From Catajapyx aquilonaris (taxonomy: Eukaryota): 61,053 nt of DNA. Under the pieces are notes generated by a model that worked only from the letters and a program-made list of their open reading frames with translations, did no database searches and was not told the origin of the DNA. Positions within the stretch are counted from its first letter, which is position 1; each line of letters opens with the position of its first letter. This document shows, one piece after another, positions 50,318 through 61,053 of the stretch. The position numbers and the translations under genes were made by a program. The DNA lies in NCBI GenBank assembly GCA_000934665.2, contig KZ538568.1, forward strand, positions 1-61,053, in the 5' to 3' direction.

Positions 50318-52675
50318 TCACTTTTTATGCAGGTTAACAATATGAATGTCTTCGCTTGAGAAATCAGGGTGGTGTTTTGATATGGGGATTTCATTGCTAT
50401 TAAAGTGGACTTCAGCACGAGACCAAAACTCTGCCTGCACGTTCCTCTTCGTTTCAGAATAGCGATCCTCGTAACTTAGCAGTATTTCAGTGTGGGGAGC
50501 TGCCAGCAGATTGAGAGTCTCAACCAGTGCTGCTACAGACTGAAATTTTAAGTACATGTTGGTAAGGACCTTGGCAACTGGCAAATATCAAAGGAGCACT
50601 TGCCTCTTCATAGTAGATACAATCTGCCACCAGGATTATATCAGCTGTGTCATCAGTGTCACTTCCCCAAACAAGTGACTTGGCAACTGCATTTCCTAGC
50701 AGCTGCTTCTGGTTTTCAAGAATGTTTTTTTGCATTAAAGGCACAAATTCTGGAAGGTCAGTCAATATCACGTTGGCACTGTAAATATAACAATGCATGA
50801 ATTAATTCAGAAGCCAGGGAGATAAAGAAGAGTTCGTCAATAACTATGGATAAGTAGTCTGTGTAGTAGTCCTGTAGTAAAAGTAAGAAGCCTCTACTTA
50901 TCCCAAGTGAAGGAGGTTGGTGAATAGCAAGTTTTGGGAAGCTGAATCAAAAGCTTGCAATAGATCAATGAACACCGCATGCAGGTTCCCTATGGTTTTT
51001 TCTTGGTACTGTACAGTACCTCAGTATTAAGGTGCGTTTACATGTGAGCGATTTGATAGTGCGATGTCATAGCCGAGCGGTGCATTCAAAGCGTTCTGCT
51101 ATAATATATAATATACCTAGAGAGAGCACTCGGGGTGAAATGTAAGGCAGGCAACAATATGCTCATGGTAAAGATGGCTGACACTTTACATTATTGGACT
51201 AATTGTCATACCAGTTGTCATTATTGGTTGTTGTCCTAGTTGCTAGACAACTGTCAGAATACAATGCCCATAGTAAAGATGGTGCCTGCCTCAGCCTGGC
51301 TAATGGGAAAGGATAGGGAGTACTTCCTCTAGGTATATTATATATTATCGCAGAACACTTTGGGTGCATCACTGAGTAACCCAAGTAACCAGTATTGTTT
51401 GAGGAGAAAATCGATTGTTACTTTCACCTCAAACAATATTGGTTACTTGGGTTACTCAGCGATGCACCGCTTGGTGATCAAATCGCTCACATCTAAACAC
51501 ACCTTTAATATAGTCAGCATGAACAACTGATCTAAGCAGCACCATCCCATGTGGAAAGCCACCTGGGTTTTGGAGAATAAGTAATAAGGTAGACAACTTA
51601 ACTTTAAAGAATGACTAATGAGAGAAATTGGCCAATAGTTCATGGGATCTAGTTCCCAGACCTGAATTGTATTAGAGCAGTGCTTCCCGAATTGTGAGCA
51701 AATATAATATTTGGGGTCGTGAGGGAGGGTAACAAATTATTTTCACAAAATGATGCTATCTTTCTTGAAAATCATGACCATAAGGTAAGGTCATTTCACT
51801 GTTTACCTGTCTTTTTATGTTGGCGGATCGAAATGTGCACATATATGGTGTCGCAAATTTTACCAGACGATTTTTTGGGGTCGCCAATGAAAGAAATTAG
51901 GAAGCACTGCATTTGAGATTAAATCAAGGCCAGGAGACGACAATCGTTAAGTTCTGGAGTGTTTAGTTTTAACAAGTGGTCTCATCAGACCTTAGGATCT
52001 AATTGTGAATGAGTATTGGGGATGCCATGATATGACCATGCCTGAGGTCTTTCCATACATACATATGTCCTCAGGGATGTCAGATGAAGTTGTACCGTTC
52101 AAAATGGACAGCAAGTTATCACTGAAGAAAGGAAATAGTTTTTTGCCATTGGCATTCCAAAGAGAGTTGGTGGATTGGCTCAACGCTGGCTAAATTGAAG
52201 ATACCATCAAATTATTAATCAAGTGCCCCTCATCATCTACCTCAGCATCCTTGAGAATCACTGCGTCAGTCCAGCCTAACTTGTAAGAATAACCAAACGT
52301 ATTCCAGTTTTGATGTCGTCATGAGGAAAACATGTACTGTATCAAGAGCTCTTGACTGTATGTGCAAAATTAGTAAATCAATCCTTTTGTGCAGACAGGA
52401 TTCACCATTGTGAAAAACAGAGTACTTGCCTACCCTAAGCAAGCAGCAGTGATTCCCACTACCGCTGTTCCTGATCCCAGTTCTAGGGCTGACAACCCCT
52501 TTGGCCAGCCACCTGGACCTCGCCTCTGGGACTCAACTTCCAAGTATTTGGCCAGCACCAATCCTGCATCCCAAACCACACAGCCTACATCACCCTCTTC
52601 ATATTGGTGTATGCTAACAGTCTTAGATATCGACTCCAATTCCACAGTCCTCACAAAAGTACGTTCTTTGTCCAT
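50318..52675 (-). CDS. VCPKMT: Protein-lysine methyltransferase METTL21D (VCP lysine methyltransferase)
   Basis: Minus-strand exons 52675-52434, 50778-50604, 50539-50318(TGA). Motifs GDVGCVVWDAGLVLAKYL, LELGSGT (SAM motif I), VILTDL, ADCIYYEE and LLSYEDR. The second intron is GC-AG. Confidence 0.93.
51030..51504. mobile_element. PIF/Harbinger (Tourist-like) MITE
   Basis: TIR AGGTGCGTTTACATGTGAGCGATTTGAT / ATCAAATCGCTCACATCTAAACACACCT with TTA TSD. Confidence 0.85.
51678..51909. mobile_element. Shorter copy of the hAT MITE at 16333-16969
   Basis: Same CAGTGCTTCC termini and shared internal GGAGGGTAACAAATTATTTTCA and TCGCCAATGAAA. Decayed 8-bp TSD TATTAGAG/CATTTGAG. Confidence 0.8.
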
Positions 52676-53333
52676 CTTGCTCAAGTGTGGTACTGAAACG
52701 AAGATCCTTGAATAATAATTGTAGTGACTTTTGCTAACATTTTAAATATAACATTTTCTATCAACTCCACTAGAAGTCATTCATAATCAGAGAAATACTC
52801 TCCACCCACTCCCTCCAAATTTCCTGAAACCCCTTTGTTTATTGTTGACATCAATTCCAAGCACAAATTCTCCGCCTTCGGTGTACCTTCAGGTGATCCA
52901 TGCCATACGCTCAGCTTGGTGATGCTACTCCTTGACGTCACCTAAAGCCCATTCCTTGGGTTGAATCATGCAGACATGCAGCCCGCCCAAGTGCCTGCCG
53001 TCCTGTCGGCCTGGCTATTCACGCAGGCGGATGAGTCAGGTAATTCCAGAGGTTTTTAGACCGGTTTAGACAACACAGAAGTCCAGTCCCAACACGGCGC
53101 CATCCGGCTTCAACATGGCCTCCGAGCGCAACGGAAAACCGAGAATAGCGGTCGCGGTGGAAGAGGGAGCATGAGCTGGAGACACACAGTTCGCACCTCG
53201 GTTGTTCATTATAATCCGGGGCGTGAATAACAGGACGGGTTGGACGCGACTGGAAGGAGGGAGAGTGTTGGGTCGTTCCGGTCATCCATAGGAGGGGAAG
53301 CTGATTTGAGTAGCGCATCACCAGCTGGCAAAG
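52676..53333. promoter_or_regulatory. Bidirectional promoter VCPKMT (-) / Elongin A (+)
   Basis: 658 bp between head-to-head ATGs, CpG-rich. CRE TGACGTCA at 52933-52940, AP-1 TGAGTCA at 53032-53038, and YY1-like AAGATGGCG over the Elongin A start. Confidence 0.7.
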
Positions 53334-56300
53334 ATGGCGTCCACTGTGCTGGAGGTGGTCCTGCACTGCCAACGGAAAATCGAGAAGAATCCGGATGACG
53401 AGAGGGTGAGTCGGGGTTCGGACCCAGGGGCGGACCCATTTGCACGGGTTCACCCGCTGGACCCAGGAATCCCCCGGAATGAGGCTCCCATCGGCTCCCC
53501 CACCAGCCTCTGGACCGGGATGCGTTTCACTCGCTCCCGCGCCATATTGACTGCTCGCTTTCCCCTTGCCTTCTTTTTTTTTTTCTTCTTCTTCAACCCC
53601 TTCCCCCTGCCGTTTTACTATTTGCCGCCCGACACCCCGTCGTTTTCTGTCTTTCGTGTGGCGCGTGTTGACACAGTCTGGACACCCATTTCAGATGTGA
53701 CAACATATAGTCACTAAATAATAATTACTCGTATATTCACACTAGTCCAATGTAGACTGAGCCTGGACTGCTCTTGATATGTAATGAAACTCATTGGCAA
53801 CCCGACGTGACACCATGCTCCCACTCAGCCAAGCTAATGACCCTTGTGACCTTGTCTTCTCTCATGTGCACCAATCAGAATGAGTGCCACATGAAGTGGA
53901 ATAGGACAATTTTATTTTATGATGTATTTTAAGTTTGGTTGAAAGCGTTTAGATTACAAAGTACAGTAACCCAATATGAATGTACAAATGTATATGCAAA
54001 TCCATCTGCTGGTTACTTGTTGGTAGAAATTAGAACAGGTACTCTGGTGCTTCTGACAAAATGGAGAGGGGTGGAAAGGCTATTTTATTAGGCTGATTCG
54101 AAGTGCATGCCATGAAGAATTGGAATTGGAACTTAAAAATAAGCATAGTGTGTAGGGCTGGGAATAGAGGGGACCGGGGGTAGATGGCACACATTTTACA
54201 TTTCATTTTTTTCTGGGGCCAGTAATGACTTATTCACTGTAGTTTTTATACCAATAAATACTTTAGACATTTGAGAATACATGTGATATTTTCGCATGGT
54301 TGCATTTTAGATATGCTATCCACTAGAAATTATTTAAAAAGTCTCCGCATGTGTGCCATCGTGTCCCGTGCCCAGGGCACGATGTCACAAGGCACATTGG
54401 CACAGTAATATAAGGCTAAGGTAGGGCTTATGAAAAATATGAAAATCACTTCCATACTCATTATCGATTCATATCCATATAATTACAAGAGATTACAAAG
54501 AGATTCAGAACTTTTTGCCTGCAGGATAACAGCATGTCCTCCAGCTAATAAGGAGCTAGTACCTGGCAACTGGGGAAGTGCATGGGCCTGCCTTATAAGT
54601 GACAGGGGAGAGGCACTAGAGGCTGCCATGGTCTGCCATAGACGCCATGGTCTGCCAAGGTTGGTAGGGACATGTGCCGCCGACATGCCCCAAGCAAAAT
54701 GTGCCATCATGCCCCGTAGGCATTTTTTTACCTTTCGAGTCCTCCTACTCTTGAGTGACAAATATTAAATGGCCATTTATGCTGTCATTTTGTAGGCAGA
54801 TATTCTGGATGTGTATTATTGGGCTGGGTGATCTAGCACGTCTGTTGGAAGAAAAAATTTAAAAAAACTAATGATAATAGGAAATTTACTCAAATGGTCG
54901 AAACCGAAAAAAATCTGTACCGCCCAGTCTTTTGCGATTGAATTGGAAATAGGATGTAATGTGGAGCATGTCTATGTGCACCTACCACATAAGCATCAGG
55001 TCCGTGAACCTAATAGCCTCTTCACAAATTTGACTGTGCCATCGTACCTGTGTAGCCATAGTGCCCCGGTCTCCCCTACTGCCATTTAAATCAGCATTGC
55101 CAGTGTGTTTGAATTGCTGCTGTTCTTACCGGTGTTGGTGTTATACTAGTAGCAAGTTCAAGTCTATTATATCTGGGATTTGCTTGGCTTCATGTTCATT
55201 GGGAGTGACCCATATTATTTTGTGTGTTGGAGTTTAGGTGTTGGTAGCAACTGCAGTACTTACCGGGTAGAATGGAATGGGATATAAGGGTTCAGAGCAC
55301 CAGGGGCATGGTTTGTTGCATCACAGGGAGATCATGTATCATTGTAAGCAAAAGATGGAGACAAATGGTCAGAGAAAGATTGAGAATTCCATGGAATGCT
55401 GGGAGAAATCCATAGCTAGATGCTACTGGTACCAAAAGTCACGCATGAAAACCAGTAGTTACATCTCATGGCTTTAGTTGCCCCTGCTCATACAATAAAA
55501 AGGTCAAACCAGTAATAAGCAGTCTGATCATTTTTGCTTGCAAAAGTATTGTTCTTAGACACCATTCAGTCAATGAATGCAAGTGCAGTAGTATCCTCAT
55601 TAGTATGCACTTGATCTGGCATAGCCATATGATGTGTACAAATGGAGTTCTGCTGTGCACACTTACCTGCTGCTCTCCTTTATTAAATTTGTACTTATTA
55701 GATTAGTTTACTGTTGAATAATTATAAATATACTTCATGTTCTACATGTACACTTCATCTGTGGTCTGTTTGCTCCAAGGTTGATTATGACCATGGGTGT
55801 AGCCAGGCCCCCCCNNNNNNNNNNNNNNNNNNNNNNNNNNNNNNNNNNNNNNNNNNNNNNNNNNNNNNNNNNNNNNNNNNNNNNNNNNNNNNNNNNNNNN
55901 NNNNNNNNNNNNNNNNNNNNNNNNNNNNNNNNNNNNNNNNNNNNNNNNNNNNNNNNNNNNNNNNNNNNNNNNNCCCCCCCCCCCCCCCCCCCCCCAACCT
56001 AAATCCTGGCTACGCCCATGATTATGACCAATTATGAATGTGCCAGAAATAAGGTAGCACACTAACAGGCAACCTTTACTGTAATTTTGGAATAGACAGG
56101 CCACATTTTCTTGACATGTTCCTCATCCTTTCAGCACATTTCCTACATTTGCTAAAGATATCAGTAATCTGATTGTCAACTACTCTAGTTGTTATGATAA
56201 TTGTGATAGATAAAGAAAGCAGTTAGTGTAGCAGTTGCTGATTTAAGGGCACTAATTATTGTGTATGATGTTTTTACTTTGTATTATTACTTAAGGGCGC

Positions 56301-59300
56301 CGGATACCTAAGCGATTTTTCAGTATCACGTTTTAAGTTTGGCCGAGTCACAGGTGCAGCGTTCTCTTCGCACTGCCGATGCGGGCGTCTCGCTGGAGGT
56401 ACGGACCTGAAATTTTCACAGGATGGCGAGGAAGGGCCAATTGAGCTCCCGGCGGAGTTTCAATCCATTAGAATAAAAATTGCGAGATCTACAGGGGGAG
56501 GAGTTTTTGAAAAACGGCTTACGACATCTTGGCTCCGGATTCGAATTCAGGAAATATCTTGACGGTCATCAATGGCCAAAGTTGTCCTCTCTTACTCCTC
56601 CAAACCGTGATTAATTTGGGCTATTAGTTTTTGGACAGCTATTTAAATCATTTTACCACCTCACGTCGTAAAATCGGAGAGAGTTCTTCCAAAATAGAAC
56701 AGTTGGTTCCCTGTTGCCCACACGCATTTTAAATGATTTAGCCTGAACCGGTTCCCTGGCAACCTGGACAGGGAACCAACTGTTCAACGTTCGATAGTTC
56801 TCCGCCGATTTTACGAGGTGAGGTGGTGAAACCGTTTAAATAGCTGTGCAAAAACCAATAGCCCAAACTAATCATGCTTTGGAGGAGTAAGAGAGGAATA
56901 CTTTGGCCATCGATGACCTTCGAGATATTTCCCGAATTCGAATCCGAAGCCAAGATGTGAGCCGTTTGTCAAAAACTCCTCCCCCTGTAGATCTCGCAAT
57001 TATTATTCTAATAGATCGAAACCCCGTCGGGGGCTCAATTGGCCCTTCCTTGCCATGCTCTGAAAATTTCATGTCAGTACCTCCAGCAAGGCACCCTCAT
57101 CGGCGGTGCAAAGAGAAAGCTGCATACGTGAGTTGGCCAAACTTCGAATGTGCTTCTGAAAAATCACTTAGGTATATGGCGCCCTTAAGACTGCTAGGAT
57201 GTGGCATGATTTTTTTGCTTTTTCTTTCACCTACATGCAGCTCTCCCATTATTTGGGTCGGTTGGACCGCATGCCAGTGACTGTTCAGCACCTGCAGGAG
57301 ACAGGAGTTGGTCGTACAGTCAATGCCCTCCGGAAGAACCAAGGCCATGTGGGGGAAGAGGCCAGAGCACTTGTCAACAAGTGGAAGGTAGGATTAGAAA
57401 GGGATTTAGGTTTGTTTTTGTTAATAAGTAAGTGCAGTGAAACTGGTTTGTTGTGGACTTGTACCTTGAAAAAAAAAAAAATCTGTATTGAACAAGTTGG
57501 TTACATGCGGCAGAAATGCATTGAAAATCTTCCATCAAGACCTAATTTAAGTTATAAAGTGGACAAGAAAAGGTCCTTGGTAATTGGGTTTCTCAGCATT
57601 AAAGAAGGCGTATTGCTAAGTAAATCTAAAGTACAACTGACACCAAACACACGTCCACAATGGACGAGTTTCCACTGAATCTCTAGTTTGTTAAGGGCAT
57701 ATCACACAATGCTACCAGATGTCAGGAATGAAGGATGACAACCACAATTGTGCCCCGTTTGATGCATCCTGTGAATGCACATGATAGATGCACAATTTAG
57801 AGGATTTTCTAAATCATGTGCCCTGGCCACACTTGGCAAAATGGTCGTGACAGAATTTCTGGCGCAGTCCGCTCAAAAATCTCAAACACATGGAAGTAAA
57901 TGGGCTTCCTTCAGGATAAGACACACACGCCGGTGTTTCCGTCATTCCGTCAAACACCAGCGGAAGACACAGCGGAAAAAATCCACTCAGTTTTCCATCG
58001 GGGACAATAATCCCACTGCAATACATTGATACCGGCGGGAGAAGGCCGCACTACCGACGGAGAAAGCGGGTTCACTGGCCCTGCACCAGCAGGATTAGTA
58101 GCCGAAAGGGCCGCAAGGCGGCAGCATGGTTGATGGAAATTCAGCGTGACTAAACGTGAACAAAATCAAACCGCACCAGAAATTCCGCCTAGTGTGGCCA
58201 GGCCCTAAGGGAGAGTGAATAAGTAGAATTCAGCCTGGGCGAAATATTAGTGAGAAAACACCATTGTGTGGGCCTTGGTCTATACCATTTCAAGGTAGTT
58301 CCGAGCAAGGGGGAACACAAGGTGCGATCCACAGAGAAGTCCAGGTAGTACTTCCTGCCACCATAAAGGTGTGCACATGATGTCGACTGCCCTGTGCTGT
58401 CAGGTTTTATGGCATAAATGCAGTTGAATTGAATTTCCTGATTGGAACCTTACTTGTTGAGAATAGAGTTGACCTGTGCTTGGCAATTTCAAGACCTTTG
58501 GGTTGTCATTCTCAGGCGCGACTGCTTGAAACCTTATTTTGAAGGTTATGATTGTATAGTACAAGGAAGGACAAGAAAATAAGTCATATACGAGGGGCGG
58601 TCATAAAGTTCTTCCAATCACCTAGAAAGAAGAGAGTCACGGGCTAGTGCAGCTATTGTGTGGTAGGTCCTTTTCCACATATGCGCCATGCAAGGTAACA
58701 CACTTCTCCCATTGATGGATGACTCGTCGGAGACCTTCGTTGAAGAAGGCTCCATTTGGCTGCTGAGGAACTGTTCCACCGCATTGATGACCTCCCCATC
58801 GTTCTGAAAGTGGCGTCCACGCAGCGGATTCTTCAGCCATGGGAAGAGGGAGAAGTCACTAGGCGCTAGGTCGACTGAGTTGGGTGGATGAGTCAGTATT
58901 TCATACCCAAGACTGCCCGAAAGCATCACAGTCTTAGTCTTCTGCGTCAAATGAGCCACGCATTGCCATGCAGCAACCGAACATCTTTGGACACTTTGCC
59001 GTGCCTCTGGGCCTTGATGGCGTCTCGCAGTTTTTTCAGCAGGTCCCTGCAGTATGCCCTTGTGATTGTGTGGCCCTTCCGGGCATAGTCGGTCAACAGA
59101 ACTCCTTCACAGTCCCAAAAGACACTGAGCATGACCTTCCCAGACGATGGCTGTGTCCTGGCTCTCTTGGGAGGTGGGGAGTCAGTGTGTTTCCACTGCC
59201 GGCTCTGGGACTTGGTCTCAGGGTTGTAATGATGCACCCAGCATTTGTCCATGGTGACCAAGCGAGCGAAAAAGTCGTCCTCATTGGCCCAACACAGATC

Positions 59301-60783
59301 CAAATGCACGGCAGCTGCGTCCCTGCGGCACTGTTTTTGAAAGTGCGTGAGGAGTCGTGGCACCCACTGTGTGGAGACCTTTAGCATGTGCAGGACCTCA
59401 TGAAGGATGTTGCAAATGGTGCCATGGCTTATCTTGACTTTGTGCATGATCTGTTCGACTGTGATGCGGCGGTCTTCCATGATCAGGGCCTCGATTTGTG
59501 ACTCGTCACTGACGGAGGGATGCCCACTGCAGGTGTCGTCTTCCAAGCTTGTCTGGCCACAATTGAAACGTCACTGCCACTTGGCGACTGTCTCATAGGA
59601 TAGGGCATTGTCCCCATACACATCCACCAACTCTGCATGGATTTATTTGGCATTCTTCCCCTTCAAAAATAAAAATATAATCACACCACGCAGCTCGACT
59701 TTTCCGGCGGCATGCGCCATCTTGAATTCCCTGCTCTGGCGGTGGGCTAGAAAACAACAGAGTGCGATTCTCTGCGCCTGCGCATATTAGAGAAACGTGC
59801 TTATGCCCCAGCAGCAAAAATTCGCCGCTGTCCGCAGTCTTTCGTGGTGATTGTAAGAACTTTATGACCGCCCCTCGTAATGTTCAATGTGTTACTTGGT
59901 GACACTTCACTTTAGTCACTTAATTGCAGGATAAATTTTTTTTCCCTCAAAGCTGTTTCTTTTTATGTATGCTTGTTGTACCCTGATCCAGGTGCCCTAT
60001 TATATGGCAGCTGCTACATTTGATCACCTGGGAGTATTGGGCCCCTGGATCAGGATGCAACAGGCTACACAAAAATAACTAGTTCAGACTATATTAACTA
60101 CAAGGAAAAAATGCCCCTGATACTTGGAACACCCTTATAAAATTTTAAATGCAACAGTATTTGTGTAAGTCTGATGCCAATTGAGATGACGACATTTTTG
60201 AAATAGATAGTAGGGATGTTTTTTTATGGCATGATCTTATATCATTATTATACCTTAAAGGCTATGGTGGCAGCTGAAGAGGAAGCAGAAGAGAAAAGTG
60301 AAGAAGAAGAGGTAGATGATGAGGAAGATGCCTTGGAGATTAAAGAGGAGCCTGAAGAAGAGGAGGAGGAGGTGGTGGTAAAGAAGGAAGACAGACGAGA
60401 AGATAAGAGAAAAGCAGAGGTAAATGGAGACAAGAGCAGTCATAGCCGCCACAGCAGCAGTGGTCACAGGACTGATTCTTCCAAGAGTCACTCCAAGGAA
60501 AAGGCAAGAAGAAGAAAGGAAGAGGAAGAAGAGCATCAACGGAGGGAGCGGGATAGGGAGAGGCAGAGAGCCATTAGGGAAGCAGAAGAGAAGGAGAGAT
60601 TAAGAGCTGTTAAGGAAGCAGAGGAAAGGGAGAAGCAGAGGGTCATCAAAGTGGCAGAGGAGAAGGAGAGGCAGAGGGCCATCAAGGTAGCAGAAGAGAA
60701 GGAGAGGCAGAGAGCCCTCAAGGAGGCTGAGGACAAGCAACGCAGAGAGAAAGAGAAGAATCATAGGAAAGCTGAAAAATACA
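53334..60783 (+). CDS. ELOA: Elongin A / transcription elongation factor B polypeptide 3, 5' exons (gene continues beyond the window)
   Basis: Exons 53334-53405, 57241-57387, 60261-60783. N-terminal TFIIS-N (LW) domain LDRMPVTVQHLQETGVGRTVNALRK...ARALVNKWK, followed by acidic and charged low-complexity sequence. The diagnostic BC-box is outside the window. Confidence 0.85.
54167..55076. mobile_element. TA-flanked non-autonomous element (pogo/Tigger-like)
   Basis: TA|GAGGGGACCGGGGGTAGATGGC ... GCCATAGTGCCCCGGTCTCCCC|TA, with repeated internal TGTGCCATC/TGGCACA motifs. Confidence 0.7.
55792..56020. mobile_element. hAT-like MITE spanning an assembly gap
   Basis: TIR CATGGGTGTAGCCAGG / CCTGGCTACGCCCATG with perfect 8-bp TSD ATTATGAC. 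N run at 55815-55973 flanked by poly-C. Confidence 0.8.
56295..57184. mobile_element. Foldback-type non-autonomous element with TTAA TSD (Kolobok-like)
   Basis: ~420-bp inverted arms (56295-56714, 56768-57184), TTAA on both sides, GG...CC termini. Confidence 0.85.
57819..58205. mobile_element. Harbinger-like MITE
   Basis: CCTGGCCACACTTGGC / GCCTAGTGTGGCCAGG inverted ends, TAA on the right flank only, CpG-rich interior. Confidence 0.55.
58591..59877 (-). mobile_element. Full-length (1287 bp) but inactivated mariner transposon
   Basis: 32-bp TIRs CGAGGGGCGGTCATAAAGTTCTT(C/A)CAATCACC with 1 mismatch and TA TSD. Transposase from ATG 59720 has in-frame stops and frameshifts, with WVPRLL, TMDKCWVHHY, LLHGNA (catalytic D lost) and SVDLAPSDFSLF. 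Confidence 0.97.
60558..60737 (+). repeat. Five 36-nt coding tandem repeats in Elongin A exon 3
   Basis: ERQRAIREAEEK / ERLRAVKEAEER / EKQRVIKVAEEK / ERQRAIKVAEEK / ERQRALKEAEDK. Confidence 0.9.
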
Positions 60784-61053
60784 GTAAGTCCCCACTCATA
60801 CTGTCATACTCATTTCATCTTCTAGTCTTGGTAAAATTCAATTGTACCTCTTACTGTCAGAGTCAAGATTTTATTTGTCAAATTTTTAGAGCCAAAATGT
60901 AAATCTGTTGCAGTGCTCCTTAGAAAAGTAATTTTAGCTCTCCCTCCCTCACTTAGCATTAACTTTTGTTGCTTGTGTTCAGGGCTGCTTTGGGGGGTAT
61001 ACGCCGCATACCCACCGAAAATTTTAGCTGTGTAGTGTATGCCTACCGCCCAC

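Noticed and set aside
55714..56104. ORFs containing X runs
   Set aside because: Artefacts of the 159-N assembly gap and poly-C.
58618..59720. Mariner ORFs as an active or domesticated (SETMAR-like) transposase
   Set aside because: In-frame stops, frameshifts and a mutated catalytic HDNA motif; intronic and antisense to the host gene.
60980..61053. Start of another MITE-like GC-rich segment (CAGGGCTGC...)
   Set aside because: Truncated by the window edge; the second TIR and TSD are not visible.

Overview
Eukaryotic, intron-rich, arthropod-like (probably insect) genomic DNA with no prokaryotic features. Six spliced protein-coding genes can be reconstructed from splice sites and reading-frame phase: a BCLAF1/THRAP3-like RS/RGG protein (+, 2.2-12.9 kb), a ZC2HC1A-like zinc-finger gene (-, 13.9-20.4 kb), PHTF (+, 26.4-36.5 kb), an MBOAT1/2 (oysgedart-type) lysophospholipid acyltransferase (+, 40.2-48.9 kb), VCPKMT/METTL21D (-, 50.3-52.7 kb, with a GC-AG intron) and the 5' part of Elongin A (+, from 53.3 kb, running off the window). 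Introns contain many non-autonomous DNA transposons (Tc1/mariner, hAT, PIF/Harbinger, Sola2-like, Kolobok-like), two tRNA-derived SINEs and (ATT)n microsatellites. The most intriguing observation is a 108-codon ORF that stays open across three phase-0 spliced exons in the PHTF leader and stops ~100 nt before the PHTF ATG, a candidate unannotated microprotein on a bicistronic mRNA. Family assignments come from recalled motifs and exon structures were inferred by eye; no database search was run.
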